From NCBI GenBank assembly GCA_965217185.1, contig OZ244252.1:832001-896000 (forward strand): a DNA stretch of 64,000 nt, given 5' to 3'. The position numbers and the translations under genes are program-made. This DNA comes from an uncultured Candidatus Entotheonella sp. GTDB taxonomy: Bacteria > Tectomicrobia > Entotheonellia > Entotheonellales > Entotheonellaceae. Each line of letters opens with the position of its first letter. Position 1 is the first letter of the stretch. The notes beneath the pieces were generated by a model that had not been told where the DNA came from, made no database searches, and worked only from the letters and a program-made list of their open reading frames with translations. Positions 51,725-60,885 of this stretch are shown here, piece after piece.

Positions 51725-53401
51725 TCAGAAATGCTCCTTTGACTCCTCATAAACGCCCCACACGCCGCGTAAAATATCTGATATCTCACCCACGGTGCCA
51801 TAGGCCCTGACCGTTTCCAAAATTTGAGGAAAAACGTTTTCATCGGTGCGTGCAACGTCCCGAAGAGCGTTCAGTTTCTCCTCAACCAAATCTTCATCTC
51901 TCTGTTGACGGAATTGTCGTAACCGTTCGATTTGAGCCTTCTCGCTTTGGACGCCAATTTCAAGAATTTCTATAGGTATTACGTCAGAATCAGTATGTGT
52001 GTTGACGCCCACTAGCAACTCTTCGCCGCTCTCCACTTTCTGCTGGTATTGATAGGCGGCGTGGCTGATTTCTCGCTGCGGGTAGCCGAGCTCAATCGCT
52101 CGCACCATACCCTGCAGGTTGTCGAGTTCTCGGAAATAAGCGTACGTAGCTTGTTCCAGCTCGTCGGTCAGCGTTTCGAGGTAATACGATCCGCCGAGGG
52201 GATCAATCGATTGGCCGGCACCCGACTCGTGCGCAATGATCTGTTGCGTCCGTAGGGCGATGCCTGCGGTTTCTTCCGTTGGCAGGGCAAGAGCCTCATC
52301 CAACGCGTTGGTATGTAAAGACTGCGTTCCGCCCAGCACGGCCGCCAGTGCTTGAAGCGCCACGCGGGCCACGTTGTTGTAAGGCTGCTGCGCAGAGAGC
52401 GAAACGCCGGCGGTCTGTGCGTGGGTACGCAGCAGCATGGAACGTGGATTCTTCGGGTGATAACGCCGCTCAATCTCCCGCGTCCAAATGCGGCGTGCGG
52501 CCCGCAGTTTGGCAATCTCTTCAAAAAAATCGCTGTGAATATCAAAGAAAAAAGACAACCGCGGTGCAAAGTCATCGATCGAGAGCCCCGCTTCGATGAC
52601 CTCTTCCACATAGGTCAGGCCCGCATATAACGTAAACGCCAATTCCTGAACGGCCGTCGCTCCTGCTTCACGGATGTGGTAGCCACTGATGCTGATGGGG
52701 TTCCAGTTCGGCAGATGGGCGCTGCAATAGACAATGGAGTCGCGCACCAACCTCAGCGAGGGGCGCGGCGGAAATATCCACTCCTTCTGCGCCATGTATT
52801 CCTTCAGGATGTCGTTCTGCACCGTGCCCCGCAGCTTGTCAGGGGCCACGCCTTGTTTTTCGGCAACCGCGATGTACATGGCCAAGGCAATAGCTGCGGT
52901 GGACGTGATCGTCATCGACGTGCTGACCTGATCCAGAGGAATGCCGTCGAACAGTACTTCCATGTCGGCAAGCGAGCTAATTGAGACGCCGCATTTGCCG
53001 ACTTCCCCGGCGGCCATGGGGTGATCGGCGTCGTAGCCATAAAGGGTAGGAAGGTCGAAGGCAACGCTCAGGCCGCCGCTTCCCTGCGCGAGCAGATATT
53101 TGTAACGCCTGTTGGTTTCTTCCGCTGATCCATACCCGGAAAAGATCCGGGTCGTCCATAAGCGGCCCCGATACATGGTGGGTTGAACACCGCGGGTATA
53201 GGGACTTTGACCAGGGAAGCCCAGGGAATCCGGGTAGTTGTCGTCCGAGAAATCCAGAGGGCTGTACAACGGCTGCAAGGGCATGCCGGATAGCGTGGTG
53301 GGCTGGGCATTGGCGGAAAGTTTCTCAAGTGCCGGCCGCAAGGTTTGCTCGGCCCAATCTTCTTGTGCCTGATGAAGTTGCGTTAGCGCTTGGCGAGTCA
53401 T
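51725..53401 (-). CDS. B12-dependent acyl-CoA mutase large subunit, isobutyryl-CoA mutase (IcmA)-like
   Basis: Motifs PYTRGVQPTMY, GLSVAFDLPT, QNDILKEY, ISGYHIREAG and GGTQSLHTN; no C-terminal B12-binding DxHxxG domain. Confidence 0.9.
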   Translation of the reverse strand: MTRQALTQLHQAQEDWAEQTLRPALEKLSANAQPTTLSGMPLQPLYSPLDFSDDNYPDSLGFPGQSPYTRGVQPTMYRGRLWTTRIFSGYGSAEETNRRYKYLLAQGSGGLSVAFDLPTLYGYDADHPMAAGEVGKCGVSISSLADMEVLFDGIPLDQVSTSMTITSTAAIALAMYIAVAEKQGVAPDKLRGTVQNDILKEYMAQKEWIFPPRPSLRLVRDSIVYCSAHLPNWNPISISGYHIREAGATAVQELAFTLYAGLTYVEEVIEAGLSIDDFAPRLSFFFDIHSDFFEEIAKLRAARRIWTREIERRYHPKNPRSMLLRTHAQTAGVSLSAQQPYNNVARVALQALAAVLGGTQSLHTNALDEALALPTEETAGIALRTQQIIAHESGAGQSIDPLGGSYYLETLTDELEQATYAYFRELDNLQGMVRAIELGYPQREISHAAYQYQQKVESGEELLVGVNTHTDSDVIPIEILEIGVQSEKAQIERLRQFRQQRDEDLVEEKLNALRDVARTDENVFPQILETVRAYGTVGEISDILRGVWGVYEESKEHF

Positions 53402-53438
53402 GGTAGATTCCCTTCGGTTGCCCTCAGTTGCCACCCAA

Positions 53439-53615
53439 CTATACGCCGCCCTCTTTGGAGGCATCGTTAGCGGCGATAGCGTTGTCCAACTGTGCCCGCA
53501 GGGCTTCGATATCCTGTTTCAGGGCACGGTTGGCCTGCGACAGGTAGACGACGTAAGCCCACAGGGCTGTCCAGATGATCGTATACGCAGAAAACAGATA
53601 CCAGAAATTCTTCAC
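53439..53615 (-). CDS. ccmD: Heme exporter protein CcmD (not in the ORF track)
   Basis: Manual translation gives MKNFWYLFSAYTIIWTALWAYVVYLSQANRALKQDIEALRAQLD...*: a TM helix with Tyr plus a coiled coil, directly after ccmC. Confidence 0.85.
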   Translation of the reverse strand: MKNFWYLFSAYTIIWTALWAYVVYLSQANRALKQDIEALRAQLDNAIAANDASKEGGV

Positions 53616-53630
53616 GCTGTCTGCCCTTCC

Positions 53631-54353
53631 CTATCCAAACAACGCCTCGTCGACCTCGTGCCGCAGGACTTCAAGTTCATGTCGTCTGCGCGCTATCGCC
53701 ATGCGCTGGCGCAGAAGGAAGACAAACAGGAGCAGAAAGGCCGCCAAGGATACCAGAAAGGTCAACATCATGGCAGGCGGCAGCCCCGTTGTCCCACCCG
53801 ATTGGACAACCACCGGCTCGGGGTGGAGATTGCGCCACTTTTCGATGCTCCAGCGAATCAGCGGCACGTCGATGAAGCCGATGATCCCCAGAATTGCCGC
53901 AAACCGGGCCCGCCTCGGATCCGTCGCATCCGCCCGCAGCATGAGATAAGCCACATAAATCAGCCACAGCACCAGGGTCAGCGTGAGGGTCGGATCCCAG
54001 GTCCACCAGACGCCCCAAATCGGGCGTCCCCAAATCGGACCCGTTATGAGCACAAGCGTGCAGAAGAGCACGCCGAGCTCGGCGGCGCCCATGGCCGTCT
54101 GATCCCACCAGTCGGCATGTTTCCACAAGAAAATGATACTGGCGACAAAGACCACGAAGAAGGCTACAAACATGGTCATAGCCGAAGACACGTGAAAATA
54201 GAAGATGCGTTGCACGATGCCTTGCGCCTTTTCCGTGGGAGCATAGACAAAGATGCACCAGAGCGCGGCAACCATCGCCACGTAGGTCAGCATCGCGTAC
54301 CAGCCCGGCCAAAGGGCGACCGGGCGCCCATTCTTTTCTCCACCGGCCACCAT
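53631..54353 (-). CDS. ccmC: Heme exporter protein CcmC
   Basis: RIFYFHV, the WWD motif WGRPIWGVWWTWDP, and LHP. Confidence 0.95.
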   Translation of the reverse strand: MVAGGEKNGRPVALWPGWYAMLTYVAMVAALWCIFVYAPTEKAQGIVQRIFYFHVSSAMTMFVAFFVVFVASIIFLWKHADWWDQTAMGAAELGVLFCTLVLITGPIWGRPIWGVWWTWDPTLTLTLVLWLIYVAYLMLRADATDPRRARFAAILGIIGFIDVPLIRWSIEKWRNLHPEPVVVQSGGTTGLPPAMMLTFLVSLAAFLLLFVFLLRQRMAIARRRHELEVLRHEVDEALFG

Positions 54354-54354
54354 C

Positions 54355-55044
54355 TCACTCCTCCACGACGTAATCAAAAATCAGCACCGCCAGCACCAGG
54401 AAAACAACGTCAAAGACGGTTATCAGGATAACGTAGTCCCGGATGTCCGCCAATGTCTTGCCGTCGATGAGGTCTCCGGTGGCATACACGGAGGCGATCA
54501 GCAACGGCACCGACACCGGAAGAAACAGCAGCGGCAGCATGACCTCCCGCATTCGGATGTTCAACACAATGAGGGAAAACAATGTCCCCAGAACGCTCAG
54601 CCCCACGATTCCCAACGCCAGGATGACACCGAGCGCGGGAAGGCTGGCCGTCAGGTCGACGCGGAACCAGAGCGCGAAGAGGGGCAAGATGCAGCCGGAT
54701 ACGACGAGCAGATAGATCATGTTGGCCAGCGTCTTTGCCAGGAACAGCGCCGAGCGGTCCTGAACGGCTAACAGTACGCCCTGCAGACAGTCCTCCTCGC
54801 CTTCTATTTGTACGGCTCGTTGCAGCCCTATCACGGTGGCGAACAGGAGCGCGACCCACAGCACGCCGGCGGCTACCTCACGGATCAAAGCCGGATTGGA
54901 GCCGATGGTGAACTGGAACACAACCACGACCAACACCGTGAATACGAACATGGACGTAAAGACTTCGCGAGCGCGCCACTCGGTTTTCAAGTCCTTGGCC
55001 AGAATGGCGCCCGCTTGCCGTATGAAGACCCCGCTAACCAACAT
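54355..55044 (-). CDS. ccmB: Heme exporter protein CcmB
   Basis: KDLKTEWR, GVLWVALLFA and REVMLPLLFLPVSVPLLI; multi-TM. Confidence 0.92.
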   Translation of the reverse strand: MLVSGVFIRQAGAILAKDLKTEWRAREVFTSMFVFTVLVVVVFQFTIGSNPALIREVAAGVLWVALLFATVIGLQRAVQIEGEEDCLQGVLLAVQDRSALFLAKTLANMIYLLVVSGCILPLFALWFRVDLTASLPALGVILALGIVGLSVLGTLFSLIVLNIRMREVMLPLLFLPVSVPLLIASVYATGDLIDGKTLADIRDYVILITVFDVVFLVLAVLIFDYVVEE

Positions 55045-55771
55045 GATGACGGTACAGTTGTGAAAAAGAGTGCAGGGTATCCTGCGACGTCGAAACGTGG
55101 TGCACGATCTTGCCGCGCCGCTGAATGGCAATTTCGTCGCACAATTCAAACCCGCGGGGCAGGTCGTGCGTGCTGATGATGACGGTGCGCCCTTCCGTGC
55201 ACAGTTGCCGCAGGAGGTCCTGCAACCGTGCTGCGGCTTGTTGATCGAGGGCGTTGTACGGTTCATCCAGAAGGAGCAGCTTGGGGTGGTGCAGAATGGC
55301 CCGCGCAATGGCCAAACGCTGCTGCATGCCGCGCGAATACGTCCGCACCAACTGGCGTGTAAGCGCTTCCAAGCCGACGATCTGCAGCACTTCGCGGATG
55401 CGTTCGGCGAGGTGCGCGACCCCCAACATGCGTCCATAAAAATGAAGATTCTCGGATGCCGTCAGGTGGCCATAAAGAAAGGTGCGGTGGCTCAAGACGC
55501 CCAGGAGCGGGCGGATGCGTTCCGCAGCGCGTGACACATCGTGGCCAGCAATGGTCACCGTGCCACTGGAGGGCAACGTCAGGGTGGAAAGGATTTTCAG
55601 CAAGGTGGTCTTGCCGGCCCCATTTGGACCGACCAAGCCCAGGCACTTGCCGGACTCGAGTTGCAAATTGACCCCCTGCAGAGCGAGAGAAGCGCCGAAA
55701 CGTTTGGTGATACGATCCAGGTGGACCATCAAGGGGCGCTCTTCCGGCGGGTCTTGGACGCGGCTAGACAC
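55034..55771 (-). CDS. ccmA: Heme ABC exporter ATP-binding protein CcmA (start 55771 GTG or 55729 ATG)
   Basis: Motifs GPNGAGKTT, YSRGMQQRL and LLLDEP; adjacent to ccmB. Confidence 0.92.
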   Translation of the reverse strand: MSSRVQDPPEERPLMVHLDRITKRFGASLALQGVNLQLESGKCLGLVGPNGAGKTTLLKILSTLTLPSSGTVTIAGHDVSRAAERIRPLLGVLSHRTFLYGHLTASENLHFYGRMLGVAHLAERIREVLQIVGLEALTRQLVRTYSRGMQQRLAIARAILHHPKLLLLDEPYNALDQQAAARLQDLLRQLCTEGRTVIISTHDLPRGFELCDEIAIQRRGKIVHHVSTSQDTLHSFSQLYRHHVG

Positions 55772-57056
55772 GTTGGCTCTGATACTCCTCAATCTGCTGG
55801 AATTGCCGTAAAAGACTGCAAAGCTGCGCCTTGTAATCGTGGCGGTGGGGATGATAATTCGCGTCGTCAATCGTGCCGGCTTCCCGTTGCCTGTCAAGCT
55901 GCGAGATTCGCTGCAGCAACAGTTGCTCGGCCGCGCGCAAGTCGTGTATCTGTTGCGGCGTCGCTTGCAATTGCGGCGCGGCAACTGGCTTGGCACGCCA
56001 CCCCCGTGTGTAGGGCGCCGCCATGCCTGCCAATGAAAGAACCACGACGAGACCGTAGGCCCCCACGCGCAGAGCCGGGAACGCCGTCGCTCGTTGCGCC
56101 AGTTGCAACCAGGAGCGTGACCGCTCCGGCAAATCCGTGCCACGGAAATGGGTGAATACGTGCGGCTCAACGGACACGCGGCCGGCGAAGGACAAATCAC
56201 TGGTTGCCACGAAGGACTCTTCCTCGACAAGAACGTCGAGCACGTCCGTTGGCAGGGTGCGCCGGGGGAGGATCATCATCACCTTGCCCTGCAAAGGAAG
56301 GGCGTAGGTAAACATCAGGTTGTGTTCGCCAGGTTCCAATGGGGCCGTATAAAACAGGCCGGTTGCGTTTTGCCGGATCTGGGATGAATCAAGTCCCCCC
56401 TCAATCCCCTGGAGGTCGTAATAGTCCTGCGGCAGGGAAAGATGGAACGAACCGTGGACATCGCCGGGTGCGGCGCCCGCAGGACCCGTGAGCGCTGTGG
56501 TGCCGCGGTTGACAATTTTCAGGATCTCGCGCACTTCGAGCCGTTCATTGCGCTTGACGATTACCATCAGGTGGCTGGTGACCTGCAACCTCGGAGCGGC
56601 AGGTTGTGCCGGCAAGGCCTGCGCGGACGGGTCGTCCAGGTTCAGGACAAGATCGGTCCGGCGCGGTGTATCTTGAAGGGAAATCGGCTCGCTGCGGTGC
56701 AATTGGTCTTTGTAACGAATGCCGACGAAGTACGTGAAGCTCCCGTCAGTTGACAGATCCTCGAACAGGAACTCGCCCTGAGCGTTGGTCTCGCCCGGGG
56801 TACGTTGTACGTCGTTGTCGGGTCCAAACCGGATGAGCATGATACGGTGCGCACCCACGACTTCCCCGCCGGACCGAATGACACCGCCAATACTGCCCTC
56901 CTCTGCCCTGACCGAGGTTGACAAGGCGATGAGCAGAAGCAGGCCGCACACGAGAGCGGCGCAGCTTCTAAACCGTGAGATGTTGCTGTGCGGCATCGGA
57001 AAGCACCGGGAAAGCGAAGGCGGGGTCGAGCGGCAGAATCTGAAGCACGCCATCAT
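55764..57056 (-). CDS. Exported membrane-anchored protein with a carboxypeptidase-regulatory-like domain and a C-terminal SHOCT/CcmI-N-like tail (start uncertain)
   Basis: Signal-like segment, TNAQGEFLFEDL, a C-terminal TM helix, then LLQRISQLDRQREAGTIDDANY. Confidence 0.7.
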   Translation of the reverse strand: MMACFRFCRSTPPSLSRCFPMPHSNISRFRSCAALVCGLLLLIALSTSVRAEEGSIGGVIRSGGEVVGAHRIMLIRFGPDNDVQRTPGETNAQGEFLFEDLSTDGSFTYFVGIRYKDQLHRSEPISLQDTPRRTDLVLNLDDPSAQALPAQPAAPRLQVTSHLMVIVKRNERLEVREILKIVNRGTTALTGPAGAAPGDVHGSFHLSLPQDYYDLQGIEGGLDSSQIRQNATGLFYTAPLEPGEHNLMFTYALPLQGKVMMILPRRTLPTDVLDVLVEEESFVATSDLSFAGRVSVEPHVFTHFRGTDLPERSRSWLQLAQRATAFPALRVGAYGLVVVLSLAGMAAPYTRGWRAKPVAAPQLQATPQQIHDLRAAEQLLLQRISQLDRQREAGTIDDANYHPHRHDYKAQLCSLLRQFQQIEEYQSQRV

Positions 57057-57059
57057 GTT

Positions 57060-57515
57060 TTACACGGCTGGCTTCAGTGACTGACCACAGATGGGACAAT
57101 AGGTTGGGTCGGCCGTCAATCCGGTCCCGCAAGCCGGACACGTGTCCTCGGAAGCGAGAGCGGCGGCATCTTCCTTTTGGCGGTAGGCCAGAATTTCTTG
57201 CTCCGCGACGAGATCAAGGTCAGCCAGCGGATCAACCAGGTCTAATTGCCGCAGGATTTCTGCGGCCTCTGCCTCCATCTGGCCCCGCAGCTCGGCGTGG
57301 TCCTCGGCGTCCACCTTGCCGGTCTGATGATCAAAATCCAGATCTCGAATGGCTGTGTACAGGGTTTCCTTTTGCAGCGTCAGGCGCTCAATGGCGTCGC
57401 CCTGTGCATCCGCAGCGGCCTCCCGCATGCGACCCCGGCGGACAAGGGGCTCTCCGATCCAGACGACCAGCCCAATGGCCATGACGGCGATGACGACGAT
57501 GTCGGCCGTGTTCAC
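57060..57515 (-). CDS. Membrane protein with a CcmI-N-like coiled region and a C-terminal zinc ribbon
   Basis: TM helix, AIRDLDFDHQTGKVDAEDH and CPACG...CPICG. Confidence 0.75.
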   Translation of the reverse strand: MNTADIVVIAVMAIGLVVWIGEPLVRRGRMREAAADAQGDAIERLTLQKETLYTAIRDLDFDHQTGKVDAEDHAELRGQMEAEAAEILRQLDLVDPLADLDLVAEQEILAYRQKEDAAALASEDTCPACGTGLTADPTYCPICGQSLKPAV

Positions 57516-57521
57516 AACGCC

Positions 57522-59516
57522 TCACCCCTGCTCTGCGGCTGCCCCAACCGTTGGCGTTCCACGCGTGCCAATCCTGGCGGGCTGCCTGCGCTCGGGCCAG
57601 ATGGCAATGAGTGTGCCAACGATCATCACAAGGCCGCCCAGCCACAGCCATATCACCAATGGGTTGACAAATACCTTGAAGGTGGCGGTGCCCGAGGGCT
57701 CAAAACCCGCCAGGATGATGTAGAGGTCTTCGAGCAGCGACGTCCGCAGGGCGACTTCCGTTGTCGGCTGGTTCTGGGCGAAATAGAAACGCCTTTCCGG
57801 GAACAACGTCGTCACGTGCCGTCCGTTCCGGCTCACATCCACCTTGGCCCGTACCGATTCATGGGTCGGCTGCAGGTCGCTCTCGAGCGTTTCGTATCGC
57901 AACGTAAAGTCCCCTACCGTCGTCTGCTCCATGGGGTCCAGGACAACGTCGCGTTCGATCTTGTAGGCCGAGGAACCGGTGATTCCCACGAAGATCAGAA
58001 CCACGCCAAAGTGAATGATGTAACCTCCGTAACGGCGCCGATTTCGGGTCATCAGGGAGAGGAATGCCTGCCAGGTGGTTCCCCCCATCGACGCGCGGCG
58101 GGCCCGCGTGCCGCGATAAAATTCCAGCACGATCGTTGAGAAGGTGAACAGGCAAATGGACAGGGAAATCAAGGCGACCACGTGTCGGATGCCGCTGCCA
58201 TAGAGAACGGCAACGCCCAGGAGGGATACGACGAGCGGGTTGAGGAAGTTGCGCTGGAAGTTGCGAACGCTGCCCTTGCGCCACGCGATCAGCGGACACA
58301 CGCCTGAGAGGAGAAGCAGGGCGAGGCCCAAAGGCACGTTGACCTGATTGAAGAACGGCGCTGCAACACTGATCTTAACGCCCCGAACCGCCTCCGAGAT
58401 GATTGGGAACATGGTGCCCCAAAGCACCGAAAACATGATGCCGACGAAGAACAAGTTATTGAATAAAAAGCTGCTTTCGCGCGACAGAACAGACTCCAGA
58501 CGATGGTCGCTGCGCAACTGAGGCAGTCGCCACACCAGCAAAGCCACGGCAATCGTCAGCGCAATTGCCAAGTAGATCAGGAAATACACGCCCAGGGACG
58601 ATTCGGCAAACGCATGGACAGAGGAAATGATGCCGCTGCGCGTCAGAAACGTGCCAAAAATCGATAACCCGTACGTCAGAATGACAAGGGACATATTCCA
58701 TACTTTCAACATGCCCTTTTTTTCCTGGACCATCACCGAATGAAGGAACGCAGTTGCGGTGAGCCACGGCAGCAGCGAGGCGTTCTCGACCGGGTCCCAC
58801 GCCCAATAGCCGCCCCACCCCAATTCCACGTAGGCCCACTGCCCGCCCAGCAAAATGCCGACGGTCAGAAACAGCCAGGGGACGAGCGTCCAGCGCCGGA
58901 TGCTGCGTATCCATTGGCTGTCCAGACGCCCGCTTGCCAAAGCGCCGATGGCAAAGCTGAACGGCACGGCAAACCCTACAAAGCCCAAATAGAGGTTGGG
59001 CGGATGGACTACCATCAGGGGGGTTTGTAGCAGTGGGTTCAGCCCTTGGCCGTCGAGGGGTGCCTGGGCCAACTCGTGGAAGGGATTTTCGGCGAAGATG
59101 AGAATGGCCAGAAATAGGATTGACGTGGCCATGAGGGTGGGAACCACGTAAGGCATCAGTTCCCGGTTGCGGTGCAGGTTCTGCGCCACGGCGATGGCGC
59201 TATACAGGGTCAGGACCCACAACCACAGCAGCATGGAGCCCTCTTGCCCACCCCATAGGGAGGCAATGAGGTAGAAGATTGGCATGGAAAGATTGGAAAC
59301 ACTGGCGACGTACTGAACGCGGAAGTCGTGGGTCAGTATGGCAAAAAGAAGCGCGAACATCGCGACGGAAACCAGGGCGAAAACACCAAGCGTCGCCCGC
59401 TCAGCGCTGCGAATCATTTCCCGGCGTCCGGTGCGAACCCCGATCAAGGCCGTGGCGATCGCATAGAGGGCTGCCACAAAAGCAAATTGCAAGGCCGCGC
59501 CGCCGACATCGTTCAT
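57522..59516 (-). CDS. ccmF: Cytochrome c heme lyase CcmF
   Basis: Motifs WGGQEGS, HPP, WAYVELGWGGYWAWDPVENAS and TRSGIISSVHAF. Confidence 0.97.
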   Translation of the reverse strand: MNDVGGAALQFAFVAALYAIATALIGVRTGRREMIRSAERATLGVFALVSVAMFALLFAILTHDFRVQYVASVSNLSMPIFYLIASLWGGQEGSMLLWLWVLTLYSAIAVAQNLHRNRELMPYVVPTLMATSILFLAILIFAENPFHELAQAPLDGQGLNPLLQTPLMVVHPPNLYLGFVGFAVPFSFAIGALASGRLDSQWIRSIRRWTLVPWLFLTVGILLGGQWAYVELGWGGYWAWDPVENASLLPWLTATAFLHSVMVQEKKGMLKVWNMSLVILTYGLSIFGTFLTRSGIISSVHAFAESSLGVYFLIYLAIALTIAVALLVWRLPQLRSDHRLESVLSRESSFLFNNLFFVGIMFSVLWGTMFPIISEAVRGVKISVAAPFFNQVNVPLGLALLLLSGVCPLIAWRKGSVRNFQRNFLNPLVVSLLGVAVLYGSGIRHVVALISLSICLFTFSTIVLEFYRGTRARRASMGGTTWQAFLSLMTRNRRRYGGYIIHFGVVLIFVGITGSSAYKIERDVVLDPMEQTTVGDFTLRYETLESDLQPTHESVRAKVDVSRNGRHVTTLFPERRFYFAQNQPTTEVALRTSLLEDLYIILAGFEPSGTATFKVFVNPLVIWLWLGGLVMIVGTLIAIWPERRQPARIGTRGTPTVGAAAEQG

Positions 59517-59556
59517 TACCGGTCCTCTCATGCTTCAACGACAGGTTTCTGTCGCA

Positions 59557-59958
59557 TCATGACGTGGGCTTTTCTTCCTCATACTTGGATGGGCAGCTGG
59601 TCATCAGATGTGAAGCAACCAAGATGCCGTCCTGACCGATCTGCCCTTCAACAATAACGTCCGCGCCTGTCTGAAACATGTCCGGTTTGACGCCCTTGTA
59701 TGACACGGGCACGCTTGCCTCTCCTTCTCCCATCGTGAAGGTGAGCTGCAAATTGCGCACGTCCCAGTGAATCGGGTCCGCCGTTACCTTTCCCGACACC
59801 CTGATGGCTTCACCCTGCATGGCGGCGACCTGTTGGTGCAGTTCGGGCACCGTCATGTAATACATCGTGTTTCCCGTCGCACCGGAAAACATCAGATAGA
59901 CCATCGACGCCACGATAATGGCTGCCCCGATTGACAGTTTGACGTGTTGTTTCGACAT
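59557..59958 (-). CDS. ccmE: Heme chaperone CcmE, Cys-type (CxxxY)
   Basis: TM helix, YYMTV, IRVSG, YKGVKPDMF and C-terminal TSCPSKY. Confidence 0.93.
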   Translation of the reverse strand: MSKQHVKLSIGAAIIVASMVYLMFSGATGNTMYYMTVPELHQQVAAMQGEAIRVSGKVTADPIHWDVRNLQLTFTMGEGEASVPVSYKGVKPDMFQTGADVIVEGQIGQDGILVASHLMTSCPSKYEEEKPTS

Positions 59959-59976
59959 CCTCCGCACCCTTCTCTT

Positions 59977-60282
59977 TTATTTCAAAGTTGTCTTGATCTT
60001 ACCGGATTCGTCTACACGCCCAACATGCTCTTCTTCAAGCTTGCGCATTTCCTCAATAATCGTGCGGTAAATGCGCTCAATGACGTCTCCGGGCAGTGGC
60101 CCGGGATTGTCCGTTTGCAGGCGTTTGACAACGTTGTTTTCACGCTCCGGCACGTGGATGGGGAGACCATGCTTGCGCTTGTAATCGCCGATGTCCAGAA
60201 CCGCTCGGGCGCGCTCCGAAAGCAACGCGAGAACCTGACCGTCGATGGTATCGAGACGCAAGCGCAATTGGTCAATATCCAT
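59977..60282 (-). CDS. Stand-alone AroQ-type chorismate mutase
   Basis: LRLRLDTIDGQVLALLSERAR...IGDYK...PERE. Confidence 0.88.
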   Translation of the reverse strand: MDIDQLRLRLDTIDGQVLALLSERARAVLDIGDYKRKHGLPIHVPERENNVVKRLQTDNPGPLPGDVIERIYRTIIEEMRKLEEEHVGRVDESGKIKTTLK

Positions 60283-60501
60283 AAGTTCCGCCCCTCTTCA
60301 CACCGCTTTACAGGTTGCTTGCGGGACGCAAGTATAGTCCAGATGGTTCTGGCAGCACAACCACGACACGGCGCCTTGTGAGTCGGAAAGGCGTTGTGCT
60401 ACCATCATGCCGCGCTGGTGATTAAAGGCCCTCTACACGACCTTCGATAGAGCGACGGCAACGCCGTTGCGGTCTTCGTTGTTTTCTTATGAGCCTCACA
60501 C

Positions 60502-60879
60502 ATGTTCAAGAATTTTCTGAAGGTTGCCGGTCTGGCAACAGTGCTGGCTTGGCTCCTTCTGGCGCCGTTGCTGTATGTCTTCACCACCCCGGACGTGCTG
60601 TGGTGGGCCGTAGTCGGGTGCCTCCCCTCCGCCCTGTGCTTCATTTATGAGTTTTACACCCTCAGCAAAGCCGACCTTCAGGATCTGACGTCTTTCATGC
60701 AAGCCTTCTTGGGCGGTATGATTGTGAGGATGTTCGTCGTTGGCGTGATTCTTTTCCTGTTGATCAAGTTCACGGATGTCCACCTGACGAGCTTTGTGTT
60801 TTCCCTTTTTGGGTTTTACCTGCTCTATCTGGTCATTGAGTTGTACTTCGTTATCAAAGGTTCACGGCAACATGCTTGA
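60502..60879 (+). CDS. AtpI-like membrane protein
   Basis: Four TM helices and GGMIVRM; ends 6 nt before atpB. Confidence 0.65.
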   Translation: MFKNFLKVAGLATVLAWLLLAPLLYVFTTPDVLWWAVVGCLPSALCFIYEFYTLSKADLQDLTSFMQAFLGGMIVRMFVVGVILFLLIKFTDVHLTSFVFSLFGFYLLYLVIELYFVIKGSRQHA

Positions 60880-60885
60880 GGAGAT

